In this document: positions 1 to 9,366 of the stretch, one piece after another | Position numbering within the stretch: position 1 is the stretch's first letter | How the letters are laid out: every line of letters begins with the position of its first letter | Program-made: the position numbers and the translations under genes | Assembly (NCBI GenBank): GCA_946614035.1 | Contig: CAMOGJ010000007.1 | Span: 1,866-65,865, forward strand | Length of the DNA: 64,000 nt | Source of the DNA: an uncultured Clostridia bacterium | GTDB lineage: Bacteria; Bacillota; Clostridia; Christensenellales; CAG-138 | Direction: 5' to 3' | Notes under the pieces: generated by a model | What the model saw: the letters and a program-made list of their open reading frames with translations, nothing else | Database searches by the model: none | What the model was told of the DNA's origin: nothing

Positions 1-2
1 CA

Positions 3-1058
3 AAAGAACAGATCCTCGAATGGATCGGTATTCTTGCGCCGGATGCAATGCTATGCGAACAGCCGCAGGATCCGTTTTCGCGCGAATACTATGCCGACCG
101 CATCCGCGAAGAGCAGGAAGCAATCGAACAAACGACCGATCCGAACGAGCTTGAATACCATCGGGAAACGCTGGATTACTACGTTGAAGCGTACAACAAG
201 GCGAAGCCGGAAAGCGAGATCGACCGCGACAAGCCGCTTGATCCCGACCTAATCGGAAAGAAGAACTATGTCACGATCATCCTGCGAAAAGACGGTGAAA
301 CGGTCGGAAGCGTTGCAATCACAAAGGAAGCGGACGATGATTTTCCGCGCTATGTCTTTGATTACGCTCCCGCAGGCAGCAACAACTATACCGGCGACGT
401 CGATATTTGTGACCCGAAGGCGGAACTGATGCCGTTTTCGGAAGCGGAGGCGGTTGAAACGGCGTACGCGTTTCTGGAACGGCTCGGTATTTCGAAGATG
501 CAGCACACATATTCCGAAATCATGTTCCGGTATAATGATGCCGCGACGATTGCGGAAACGCCCGGCGCATACCGTCTGTTCTTTACGCGCACAGTGAACG
601 GCATGCCGCGCCCGCACTATTGGATCAAGTCGTGGCAACTGGGTTACAGCGAATCCGACAAGCAGGATTACAGACCGGTATGGACGCCGGAATACATCGA
701 TATTCTGGTCGATGCACGGGGCGTGCAGCGGTTTCGCTGGCAGAATCCGGTAGAGATCGTTGAGACCGTCAGCGAAAACGTACAGGTGATCTCGCTGGAC
801 GAAGCACGGAAGTCCTTTGATACATACATCGACATCCTGCGCGCGGCGGGTGATTACGTCGACGGCAATGCGCCGATCGAGATCACGGAGATCATTTTCG
901 GCTACGAGTTTCTGCCGGTCAAAGATTCGCTCGATGTATTCGACCTGGTTCCCTGCTGGTTCTTTATGGGCTATGATGCCGAGAGCAAGCTGTTCCGGCA
1001 GCGCGGCGCGCAGCTGATTATCAATGCGATCGACGGCAAGATTCCGCAGTCGGATTGA
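3..1058 (+). CDS. DUF6034-like exported protein (5'-partial)
   Basis: Frame is open from the window edge. C-terminal pattern ENVQVISLDE...LVPCWFF...LIINAIDG is shared with the paralog at 47483..48835. Confidence 0.6.
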   Translation, partial: KEQILEWIGILAPDAMLCEQPQDPFSREYYADRIREEQEAIEQTTDPNELEYHRETLDYYVEAYNKAKPESEIDRDKPLDPDLIGKKNYVTIILRKDGETVGSVAITKEADDDFPRYVFDYAPAGSNNYTGDVDICDPKAELMPFSEAEAVETAYAFLERLGISKMQHTYSEIMFRYNDAATIAETPGAYRLFFTRTVNGMPRPHYWIKSWQLGYSESDKQDYRPVWTPEYIDILVDARGVQRFRWQNPVEIVETVSENVQVISLDEARKSFDTYIDILRAAGDYVDGNAPIEITEIIFGYEFLPVKDSLDVFDLVPCWFFMGYDAESKLFRQRGAQLIINAIDGKIPQSD

Positions 1059-1062
1059 ATCA

Positions 1063-1089
1063 AAAAGAAGCGCTGTCAGCGCTTCTTTT
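1063..1089. terminator. Bidirectional intrinsic terminator
   Basis: AAAAGAAGCGCT-GTC-AGCGCTTCTTTT between convergent genes. Confidence 0.8.
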
Positions 1090-1279
1090 GCAGTTTTGTC
1101 TTGTTGCCGTGCCTGTCGACGATGTAGGTGTTATCCAGATGGGACTGCAGCGATGCGCGGAAGTCCGCAACGTACGCCTTTCGCAGGGTGTCGCGTTCCT
1201 CCGTCTCCTCCGGTGTCAGTCCCTCCGCTTTCGCTTTTCTTGCAAGCTCGTTGATGCGATCGATATGTTCCTGTCTCAT
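1076..1279 (-). CDS. DUF896/UPF0291 family protein (YnzC-like)
   Basis: IDRINELARKAKAEGLTPEETEERDTLRKAY signature; GGAGG RBS before ATG at 1279. Confidence 0.9.
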   Translation of the reverse strand: MRQEHIDRINELARKAKAEGLTPEETEERDTLRKAYVADFRASLQSHLDNTYIVDRHGNKTKLQKKR

Positions 1280-1352
1280 AGTGTCCTCCGTACCGGTATT
1301 GTACACGATTGCAAACGTTTTGTAAAGCAACTGTGCAAATGTCCGTGCAAGG

Positions 1353-1381
1353 TTGACTTTTTCCGGTTTCGAAGGTAAACT
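1353..1381 (+). promoter_or_regulatory. Sigma-A promoter, probably giving a (near-)leaderless mRNA
   Basis: TTGACT-N17-TAAACT; ATG 8 nt downstream; no SD sequence. Confidence 0.6.
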
Positions 1382-1389
1382 ACCGTATT

Positions 1390-3171
1390 ATGAGGAAATT
1401 TGTCATTTTTATCGCATTACTGATTCTGACGGCGGCATGCACCGGCGTACTGCCGGTTGAACCGCCGCCTGTCGAACCGAATACGCCCGCACCGGTCGAA
1501 ACGGAACCGCCTGTCGTTTCCGTCGCGACCGCGCCCGTCAATACCCCGATTCCCGTTCCGACGCCGACGCCCATCCCCACCCCTACGCCGGAACCGACGC
1601 CCACGCCGTCTCCGACGCCCGTCGCATTCGACGCAAGCTTGGAGGCAAAGCGCAGCGAGGCGCTGATGCTCGGCACGGAGAGTCTCACGTTCGTCATGAC
1701 GCGCGGCAAGAATCCGACGATCCTGAAGGAGCCGTCCCCCGAAGCGGAACGCATCAACCCGTTCCGCAGTTCGGATGCGGTGTATCTGTATGAGTGGATC
1801 GTTCTGGGAGAAACCGACACGTATTACCATGTGCGCGCCGTCGGTGCGGATGCCGAAGGATACCTGCCCGTTCGCAGCGCGAACCCGTCGATGCTGACCG
1901 CACCGGAAAGCACGTACGCGATGATGGTTCGTCCGCGCGGTTTGATCTACTGCGGACGCACGCAGGATGCTTCGATCGTTGCGCATGCGGACTATGCGCC
2001 GGTGCGCGTGTTCGGCGTGTACGAAACCTTTGCCTGTGTGCTCACCGCCGAGGGCAAAACCGGTTACGCGGAACTCGGACAGCTGCAGTTTGTCGACCGG
2101 GAAACCTTCGAAACCTATCTGCACCAGTCCTGCGAGACGCCCGAATCCACGTTCGATCGCGATGCGCTTCCCGAAATCGGCGAAACGTACCTCGACGAGC
2201 CGTATCAGAACTCCGCAGAGTTTGTCTACTCGCTCTTGTGCGCGACGGGACTGCATTTCAACGAAGGATATTATCGCTACTACCAAAAGCCGCTCGATCA
2301 GGAAACGCTCTATCCGCACGGACTTTACCGCGACAACGTCTATAATACCCTGCTGTTCAAGCTGTTCAACAGCTCCGGTCAGCACGTAACCGCAAACGGC
2401 GAGGAAACCGAATGGGCGTACATCGACAGCTTTGCGGATATCGAACCCGGCGACCTGCTGTTCTTCAGCGACACGTCCGGCAAGGGTGATCCGGTTATTC
2501 AGGACGTTGAGGTCGTCATTCACGGCAAGTATTCCGGCGACGTGACCGACTGCGGGATTTACCTCGGCGAAAACCTGATGCTGACCGTGCGCAGAGGCGT
2601 GGTTGTCGAGACCGAGATCGACCAGATTTACGAGCATAATTTCGACTGTGCGCGCCGCATCTATCCGCGCGTGTACGACGAAAAGGCGCACTTTATCGAG
2701 AACATGATCACGATGATCTACGACCGTCTCGGAACGCCGTACAGCAACGGCAAGCGCGTCGGCGACGCATCGTACGACTGCTCCGGCATTATCAACTGGG
2801 TGCTGCGTGCTTACGATTACGATCGGTTCCGCAATCCTTCGCTGATTCCGATAGAAATCACCGCAACCGCATTCGGGCATTTGGAAGCGATTTACAGTCC
2901 CGAAAACACCGTAACGTTCACAGATACGGGAATCCACTCACGCGAGCGCGACGACCTTGCAAAGCTCGAACGCGGCGATCTGATCCTGCTTCTGAACGAA
3001 CGGCGCAACAAGATCGGCCATGTCATGGTGTATCTCGGCAACAACACGGTCATTCACTCTACGACCATTTCCGGGCGGTACCGCGGCACGCTTGTCGCGC
3101 AGTTCAGGAACCACCTGCACAGTCTGTACGCAAGCTCGCGTCGCATCGAATCGATCGTTCCTGCATCCTAA
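1390..3171 (+). CDS. Lipoprotein peptidoglycan endopeptidase: PT linker, SH3-like region, degenerate plus intact NlpC/P60 domains
   Basis: Lipobox LTAAC; PTPEPT linker; C-terminal LGTPY...YDCSG...GDLI...GHVMVYLG...IHS; upstream copy YLDEPY..NSAEFV...PGDLLFF...DCGIYLG. Confidence 0.8.
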   Translation: MRKFVIFIALLILTAACTGVLPVEPPPVEPNTPAPVETEPPVVSVATAPVNTPIPVPTPTPIPTPTPEPTPTPSPTPVAFDASLEAKRSEALMLGTESLTFVMTRGKNPTILKEPSPEAERINPFRSSDAVYLYEWIVLGETDTYYHVRAVGADAEGYLPVRSANPSMLTAPESTYAMMVRPRGLIYCGRTQDASIVAHADYAPVRVFGVYETFACVLTAEGKTGYAELGQLQFVDRETFETYLHQSCETPESTFDRDALPEIGETYLDEPYQNSAEFVYSLLCATGLHFNEGYYRYYQKPLDQETLYPHGLYRDNVYNTLLFKLFNSSGQHVTANGEETEWAYIDSFADIEPGDLLFFSDTSGKGDPVIQDVEVVIHGKYSGDVTDCGIYLGENLMLTVRRGVVVETEIDQIYEHNFDCARRIYPRVYDEKAHFIENMITMIYDRLGTPYSNGKRVGDASYDCSGIINWVLRAYDYDRFRNPSLIPIEITATAFGHLEAIYSPENTVTFTDTGIHSRERDDLAKLERGDLILLLNERRNKIGHVMVYLGNNTVIHSTTISGRYRGTLVAQFRNHLHSLYASSRRIESIVPAS

Positions 3172-3183
3172 AAATGAAGCAAC

Positions 3184-3217
3184 AAAAAAGCAGACGGGTT
3201 TTCGCCCGTCTGTTTCT
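3184..3217. terminator. Bidirectional intrinsic terminator
   Basis: A-tract, then CAGACGGG-TTTTCG-CCCGTCTG, then TTTCT, between convergent genes. Confidence 0.75.
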
Positions 3218-3225
3218 CTGTTGTG

Positions 3226-4170
3226 TTACGGCAACGCAATGCGCGTACCGTCCGAAAACAGGAAGATCGCCCGCGCATTGCAGGATGTGAGCAGCTCCGC
3301 GCTGCCATCCGGCCCAAGCACAAAGCATGCGGTGGACAGCGCGTCCGCAACGGCCGAGGATTCGGTCAGGATCGTGACGGAGGCAAGTCCGTTCTGCACC
3401 GGCATACCGGTCTTCGGATCGAGAATGTGATGGTAGCGCACGCCGTCGAGGTCGAATCCGCGCTCATACGTGCCGCTTGTGACGACCGCGCCGTCGGCAA
3501 GTGCAAGAACCTCCTCGCTTTGATCCGCCGCGCCGTTCGGGTCGCGAATTCCGATCGTCCAATCGGAGCCGTCCGGCTTGCCGCCGAATACGAGCACGTT
3601 GCCGCCCATATTGATACAGGCATGCTCTACGCCTTGCGCCTTCAGGTACGCGGCTACCCGATCTGCGATATAGCCCTTTGCGATGCCGCCGAGATCGATC
3701 CGCGCGCCGTTTTTGAGCGTTACGGTCGTTCCGTCGATCTCGATATTGCGCCAATTGACGAACACCGCGGCGCTTGCAAGCAGGTTCGCATCGGGCAGCG
3801 CCGGATCGTCCGTTTGAAAGTTCCACAGTTCGGAGAGCGGCGCGATCGTCGCATCGAACGCGCCGCCGGAGCGTTCGGAAACCTCGACGCAGAGCGCAAG
3901 CAGTTCTGCCGTCTCGGGATTCACGGACACCGGCTGCCCTTCGGCGCGGTTCAGCCGATCGATGTCGCTGCCCTCAACGGTCTTGCTCAGAACCCGTTCG
4001 TAATCGCGGATCAGTCGCATCGCTTCATCGACCGTCTCCTGCGGTGCATAGGCGCGCAGCGTGACGACCGTGTCACAGCAATAGTCGACCGCAGACGAAA
4101 CCGACTGCTGCCTGCAGCCGAACGAAAGCAGCAGCGCGCAGGCGCAAAGGATTACAAACAGCCGCCTCAT
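3226..4170 (-). CDS. apbE: FAD:protein FMN transferase (ApbE) lipoprotein
   Basis: Lipobox LSFGC; motifs GAFDATI, IDLGGIAKGY, VVTSGTYER, YHHILDPKTG, ADALSTA. Confidence 0.92.
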   Translation of the reverse strand: MRRLFVILCACALLLSFGCRQQSVSSAVDYCCDTVVTLRAYAPQETVDEAMRLIRDYERVLSKTVEGSDIDRLNRAEGQPVSVNPETAELLALCVEVSERSGGAFDATIAPLSELWNFQTDDPALPDANLLASAAVFVNWRNIEIDGTTVTLKNGARIDLGGIAKGYIADRVAAYLKAQGVEHACINMGGNVLVFGGKPDGSDWTIGIRDPNGAADQSEEVLALADGAVVTSGTYERGFDLDGVRYHHILDPKTGMPVQNGLASVTILTESSAVADALSTACFVLGPDGSAELLTSCNARAIFLFSDGTRIALP

Positions 4171-4673
4171 GCGTTTCTCCTCTCCTCGAATCGTTCCACG
4201 CCGTAAAACACGCCGCGCGCGCAAACGCCGAGCAGCGTTCCGGTTATCAGTCCGGACACGAGCAGCCACGGCGCGTACACAAGCATCGGACGGATGCCGA
4301 GCAGCACCGTGCCGACCGCGATCTGTCCGAGAATATGAAAGATGCCGCCGAACATGCTGATCGGGATCACGGAGATCTTTCGGTTTTGATGCAGCAGCAG
4401 CATGACGCTGACCGACAGGATACCGCCCGCAAGCGCATACAGAGCGCCGACCGCATTGCCGAACAGCAGCGCGGACAGACCGACCTTTGCGAGCATGATC
4501 AACACGGTCAAAAGCGGAGAGAGATAGAACACTGCATACAGCAGCGCAAGGTTCGAAAGTCCGAGCTTGATGCCCGGTACGGACGGCACGAGCGGAATCA
4601 TCGAATCGATCCAGCCCAAAATCAGGGCTGCCGCGCACAGGAGCGCCGCTTTGGTCAGGGTGCGTATCTTCAT
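4167..4673 (-). CDS. Gx transporter family / heptaprenyl diphosphate synthase component I-like membrane protein
   Basis: PGIKLGLSN and GIFHILGQI motifs; hydrophobic; typical position between NusG-II and apbE. Confidence 0.8.
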   Translation of the reverse strand: MKIRTLTKAALLCAAALILGWIDSMIPLVPSVPGIKLGLSNLALLYAVFYLSPLLTVLIMLAKVGLSALLFGNAVGALYALAGGILSVSVMLLLHQNRKISVIPISMFGGIFHILGQIAVGTVLLGIRPMLVYAPWLLVSGLITGTLLGVCARGVFYGVERFEERRNA

Positions 4674-5089
4674 TGTCCGCCCCCCCTAAGCTCGACGGAA
4701 ACGCCGTGCGGGGCGCAGATGATCCATGGTCCGAGCGGACGGGACGCCGACGTCTGCGCATTCAGCACACCCTGATCGATGCATTCATGGTGCGGACAGG
4801 TCGCATCTTCCATGCGCGCCGAACCGTTCTCGATGACGATCACGTTTTCCTTGCCCTCTCTCGTTGCCGCATCGACGCGCACGCCGTCGCGAATCACAAC
4901 CGTTTCCGTTTGATCAGACGAAACCGTGATCGACTGTCCCTCGCCGAATCGAATCACAAACGCACTTGCTCCGCTCGTTTTGGGACGGAGAAGCAAACAA
5001 AGAACGACCGCAAACGCGACAAGGAGCACCGCCGCTCCCATCAGGAGCAGGTTCGTCTTCTGTCGGTTTTCGATCGTTTCTCGTTCCAT
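4670..5089 (-). CDS. NusG domain II-containing membrane-anchored protein
   Basis: N-terminal TM helix; NVIVIENG..RMEDATCPHHECI..G...IICAPH motif. Confidence 0.8.
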   Translation of the reverse strand: MERETIENRQKTNLLLMGAAVLLVAFAVVLCLLLRPKTSGASAFVIRFGEGQSITVSSDQTETVVIRDGVRVDAATREGKENVIVIENGSARMEDATCPHHECIDQGVLNAQTSASRPLGPWIICAPHGVSVELRGGGQ

Positions 5090-5092
5090 GCT

Positions 5093-7423
5093 TTATTGAT
5101 TCTCAAACATTCCGCATTGCTCGGAATAGCCCCACATCAGTCCGTCCGGCAGGTGGCGGTTCTTTGCGGAAAGACCTTCGTAGCGCTCGTCGCTGTCCCG
5201 GTTGAGCTTGACGCCCATGAAGATCATCGCCGCGGACTGTCCGCCGTCCAGGTTGTATGCATCGGTGCAGCCGAGATCGAGCATCATCTGTGCGGACTGT
5301 CCGCTCGTGATGCCCTCGCTGTATCCGACCTGTCTGCCGACCACGACGACCGCCACAAGGTGTCCCGGCTCAACCATGCCGAGCATCGTGCGCGGCGCGA
5401 TTGAACGGCGCGCTGTTGCATCCTTCGTGATCTTGCCGTTCTCTACCAGGATCGGGCCGAACGAGAAGCAGTTCTCGACGCCGCTTTCCCACAGTTCCTC
5501 CGCCTTGATCGCGTTCTTCTTGACGAATTCAAGACCGTGCGTCTTCGGATTCAGCACGCACGCATCAAACTTCGTCGACTTCTGGAACAGATAGCCGTCG
5601 CGGATCAGGATTCCCTTCTTGTCCGTATCCATCTGAATGAGATTGTCTCCGGTGATCCAGAGCACGGCTTTTGCGTTCTTCGCCATTTCTTTCGAATCAC
5701 AGCGATCGGTGCCGTTATGCCGCCACGAGCCGAAGCCCGCGCGGAAGCTGTCGTAGCCGCGCTCGTAGATATGCGCAACGAAGTACACAACCGGTTTTTC
5801 CTTTTTGCCGTCCGCGATCGTCGTTTCGACGCGCTGCACTTCGACCGAAAGGATTTCCGATCGATAGATCCATTCGCCTTTCTCATCGTCCAGCAAGACG
5901 TACTCATCGCTGCCGTCGTTGATGAAATGCTCGTCAAAGTTCGTCTTTTCGAATACAGCCGCTTCCGGTTCCGGCGTCGGTTCCTCGGTCGGTTCGGGCG
6001 TCGGCTCCTCGGTCGGCTCCGGCGTCGGCACTTCGGTCGGCGCGGGCGGCTCGGGCGTGGGTTCGGGTGTCGGAATCTCGGTCGGACGCTCGGTTATGAC
6101 GGACGCTGACGTCGGCGCGGGCGTTTCTTCGACGCCGCCGCAGGAAAACAGTCCTTTTTTCGGCGCTGCCGTTGCCGCCGGTGCGGGCGTGTCCGTCGGT
6201 TCCTCGACGATCACTTCGTATACATGCAAGGGGCTCGCCGTCGGCGTCGGCGTGACCGGTTCGGGCGTGGGAACCTCGGTCGGTTCCGGCGTCGGCGTGT
6301 CGGTCGGCGCGGGCGTTGCCGTATCGAGGTAGTTCGAAAGCGAACCCTTATCGATGTTTTCCAAAAGATCACCGCCCAAACTGTCGGCGCCGACCGTCTG
6401 CGATACGAGACGGAACGCGGGCTTGTCCGCAAGCTTCACGCGATACATGCCGCGCGAATCCATAAGCCGGTATGCCTGCACGGCGAACGCATGTGCGCTG
6501 CGATTCGAAAGCGCGCTGAGCCGTTCGGTGCAGTCGATCACCGTTGCGCCCGTATTTGAAAGGACATAATACTTCTGTACATTCGCCTTCTGTACCGCCG
6601 CATTCACGTATGCAACGGTTTCGGCGGCACGGAGCGCATCCTTGCTCTCATCGACCGTAACGACGACCTTCGGCTGCAGCTTTGCAAACAACTCCGCAAG
6701 CGCGGTATCCGGATGGCTCGCCGCCCAGCGCTTATGAATCTCGTTCTTTTCGAGGTAGTTGCTGTCGTTGATGCCGAGATAGATCGGCGCGTTCGAAATG
6801 CCCATCGCATAAAGCGCACGTTCCAGTTCCTGCGCGCGGTAGCGATAGTCGACCGTCATGCATACGACGCCGATCGAAACGCCGTTCGCAATGCCGTATC
6901 GTGCCAGTACCGGTCCAAACGCTTCCATGGCGTCGGCGGGTGTCGGCGCGACGAACAGCATATCGCAGGATTCCGTCGGCTGCAGCCACGCAAACGCGTC
7001 ATCCGGCGCGCTTTCCGAAACGAACAGCGTCGAGACCGTGCATTCGGTCTTTTTCGTCGCCAGCACAAGCTTCGCGCAGTTCGTGTCCAGCGGGATCGCC
7101 GCTGCATACGCATCCGGCGATCGGAACGCGACCGTGGAAATCTGCTTATTGTCCGCATCGAACTGCTGCAGTTCCGCGTCCTCGGGGAGCGAGAACCATT
7201 CGAGGTACGCGGTTCTGCCCGCTCCCGCCGCGAACTTCAGCGTGATGTTCGCATTCTTCCGAACGGTCACGCGCGTCATGACATCCGCATCCTTGAGCAC
7301 CGATTCATTGCGGCCGTCCGGCATCGCATACAAAACGGTCAACGTGCTGTCGCCGCTCGCAAGCGGCAGGCACAGCCCGACCATGATCAGGCAAAGCAGA
7401 ATGCAAAGTACTCTTTTCATCAT
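5093..7423 (-). CDS. Secreted phosphodiester glycosidase (NAGPA/DUF2233) with N-terminal degenerate PIG-L-like domain
   Basis: Signal peptide; long PTPEPT linker; C-terminal SFGPILVENG, APRTMLG, GRQ.GYSEG, AYNLDGGQS. Confidence 0.8.
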   Translation of the reverse strand: MMKRVLCILLCLIMVGLCLPLASGDSTLTVLYAMPDGRNESVLKDADVMTRVTVRKNANITLKFAAGAGRTAYLEWFSLPEDAELQQFDADNKQISTVAFRSPDAYAAAIPLDTNCAKLVLATKKTECTVSTLFVSESAPDDAFAWLQPTESCDMLFVAPTPADAMEAFGPVLARYGIANGVSIGVVCMTVDYRYRAQELERALYAMGISNAPIYLGINDSNYLEKNEIHKRWAASHPDTALAELFAKLQPKVVVTVDESKDALRAAETVAYVNAAVQKANVQKYYVLSNTGATVIDCTERLSALSNRSAHAFAVQAYRLMDSRGMYRVKLADKPAFRLVSQTVGADSLGGDLLENIDKGSLSNYLDTATPAPTDTPTPEPTEVPTPEPVTPTPTASPLHVYEVIVEEPTDTPAPAATAAPKKGLFSCGGVEETPAPTSASVITERPTEIPTPEPTPEPPAPTEVPTPEPTEEPTPEPTEEPTPEPEAAVFEKTNFDEHFINDGSDEYVLLDDEKGEWIYRSEILSVEVQRVETTIADGKKEKPVVYFVAHIYERGYDSFRAGFGSWRHNGTDRCDSKEMAKNAKAVLWITGDNLIQMDTDKKGILIRDGYLFQKSTKFDACVLNPKTHGLEFVKKNAIKAEELWESGVENCFSFGPILVENGKITKDATARRSIAPRTMLGMVEPGHLVAVVVVGRQVGYSEGITSGQSAQMMLDLGCTDAYNLDGGQSAAMIFMGVKLNRDSDERYEGLSAKNRHLPDGLMWGYSEQCGMFENQ
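5960..6320 (-). repeat. Pro/Thr/Glu-rich coding repeats (EPTPEPTE units)
   Basis: Imperfect 12-24 bp repeats encoding TPEPTEEPTPEP. Confidence 0.7.
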
Positions 7424-7448
7424 AGGGATATCCTTTCTGAATATCGTT

Positions 7449-9179
7449 TTACGCACAAAGCGCCGAAAAGATCGATTTCAGCGCTGCGCAGGTGGATGGA
7501 TCGAAGGGATCGCGCAGGTTCGCGTCCCGCAAAGTCGTTCGGAACGTCGCGCCGATCGGACGCATGAGAATCTTCCGGTACGCCGATACGGCAGTCGCGC
7601 GGTCGGTGTCGGAGAGCGCATACAGCTGCAGCGCGCCGAGCATGCTTGTCGCGTAGCTGATGTAATACATCGGCGCACGGAATGTGTGCGAAATCTCGAC
7701 CCAGGATTCGCCCGACAGTCCCATGTCCTTCAGCCCGTACGCGCTCGCCAGCGACGCATACGCGGCGTTCAGCTGTTCGAGCGTCACATGCTCCGTCCGG
7801 TACGCAAACTGCTGAAACGCGTCCTCCATGCAGCCGGTAATGATCGCATAGAGCGCGAGCACAAGCGACGCAACGCGCGCCGCGTCCGAAAGCGCACCAT
7901 ACAGATTATTATACTGCGTCAGCGCCAAAAGCTCAAGCCCCTGTGCGTCAATTTCCGCAAGATCAAGCGGATCGGCGGAACGCATGCGCTGTACGCCGTT
8001 CAGATAGTAGCCCGCGTAATGTCCGAATTCGTGCAGCAGCGTAGTCGGCATTTCATACGAACCGTCCCACGACAGAAACAGAAACGGCGCGCCATACGTT
8101 TCGAAATACGTTGTGAAGCTGCCGGGCATGCGCGTCGGCGACGTATCCATGTTCAGCAAGCCGTGTTCGATCATGTATGTCCACGGCTCGGCAAATTCCG
8201 GCAGCAGATCCGCAACCGTCCGCCCGACAGCTTCGACCGTCTGCTTCTTTTCGTACGTGCCGCAGTTCAGCCGCATCGTCGCCTCGTAAAACGCGGGCTG
8301 CAGGGAAACGAACAGCGGAACGAGCTCGCGTCTGACCGTTTCCGCCAGTCGTTCTGCATCCTGCGGCGTATAATCCCGTCCGTAGGATTCGTAGCCGTAC
8401 TCGACATACGAATCAAAGCCGCCCGCCCGTGCGATTGCGTTGCGCGTTTCGATCAGTTCGAGAAAGAGCTTCCCCGCCCGCTCGTTGTATGTATGCCGAT
8501 AGAGCGCATACAGCTTGCAAAACGATGCGTAGGACAGGGTCGGATCGGTCAGAATCCGTTCGCGCGTCCAGTCCGTTCCGTCATACCGTACCGAAAGCGC
8601 TGCAAGTGCGTCGTATGCGCCGATCAGCTCGCGTTCACGCGTCATCAGCGCCTGCATTGCGGGTCGATGCAGCGCAGCTTCCCGTTTGATTGCGCGCACC
8701 GTTTCTTCGTCGTACCGGTCCTTCAGAGCCGGATCGACGCATAGCTGTCGCTGTGCCTCAAGAAGAAGGCATCCGAATGCATCAAGCTGCGCGCTGAGAT
8801 GCTCGTATACCTCGCGGTTTTGGTCGTTCGCAACATCCGTACAATGGCGCACATACGCGATCGAAGCGGCGCTTCTTGCGCGGTAAAACGCTTCGATGCG
8901 CTGCTCAAGCGTTCGCTGTGCGTCGATGTCCTTGCACTCGCCGTTGTCGATGCGAAAGAGCAACTCCTTCGTCCGTGCGATTTCGAGCGAAAGATCCGGC
9001 ACATCACAGGACAGCGCATCGAACGAAAGGTCCGTGTGCGCATGCTGCATGTTTTGCGAGCAGGTTCTTCTGCCGACAGAGAGATAGGACGCCGCAACGG
9101 CGTCGAGCGGGAATGCATGACAGCACAATGCGGTCAGCGCAAGCAGGACGGCAAGCAGCAGTGAGCAAAGTCGTTTCAT
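7449..9179 (-). CDS. Exported M3-family (oligoendopeptidase F-like) zinc peptidase
   Basis: HEFGH zinc motif, DLAEIDAQGLE, H.F..PMYYISYA; N-terminal signal-like segment. Confidence 0.75.
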   Translation of the reverse strand: MKRLCSLLLAVLLALTALCCHAFPLDAVAASYLSVGRRTCSQNMQHAHTDLSFDALSCDVPDLSLEIARTKELLFRIDNGECKDIDAQRTLEQRIEAFYRARSAASIAYVRHCTDVANDQNREVYEHLSAQLDAFGCLLLEAQRQLCVDPALKDRYDEETVRAIKREAALHRPAMQALMTRERELIGAYDALAALSVRYDGTDWTRERILTDPTLSYASFCKLYALYRHTYNERAGKLFLELIETRNAIARAGGFDSYVEYGYESYGRDYTPQDAERLAETVRRELVPLFVSLQPAFYEATMRLNCGTYEKKQTVEAVGRTVADLLPEFAEPWTYMIEHGLLNMDTSPTRMPGSFTTYFETYGAPFLFLSWDGSYEMPTTLLHEFGHYAGYYLNGVQRMRSADPLDLAEIDAQGLELLALTQYNNLYGALSDAARVASLVLALYAIITGCMEDAFQQFAYRTEHVTLEQLNAAYASLASAYGLKDMGLSGESWVEISHTFRAPMYYISYATSMLGALQLYALSDTDRATAVSAYRKILMRPIGATFRTTLRDANLRDPFDPSTCAALKSIFSALCA

Positions 9180-9236
9180 ATACGCCTTTCCGGGCTTCGC
9201 CGAAAAGCCCCGGGAATCGACGCAATGCCCTATCTC

Positions 9237-9265
9237 ATTGTACGCAAGGCGGGATCGGTTTTCAA
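9237..9265 (-). promoter_or_regulatory. Sigma-A promoter for the M3 peptidase-to-apbE operon
   Basis: TTGAAA-N17-TACAAT on the minus strand. Confidence 0.55.
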
Positions 9266-9366
9266 CCGCAAAGTTGTTGCATAGTCGTAAAATCATCGTT
9301 CACAAAAGATTCGTTTGTCAACGATGCAAAACTATGCTATATAATACAGTAGTGAGGTATGAAACA

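Noticed and set aside
5960-6320. Repeated GTCGG-rich units resembling a CRISPR array or VNTR
   Set aside because: They are in-frame Pro/Thr/Glu coding repeats without constant repeat-spacer structure, and there are no cas genes.
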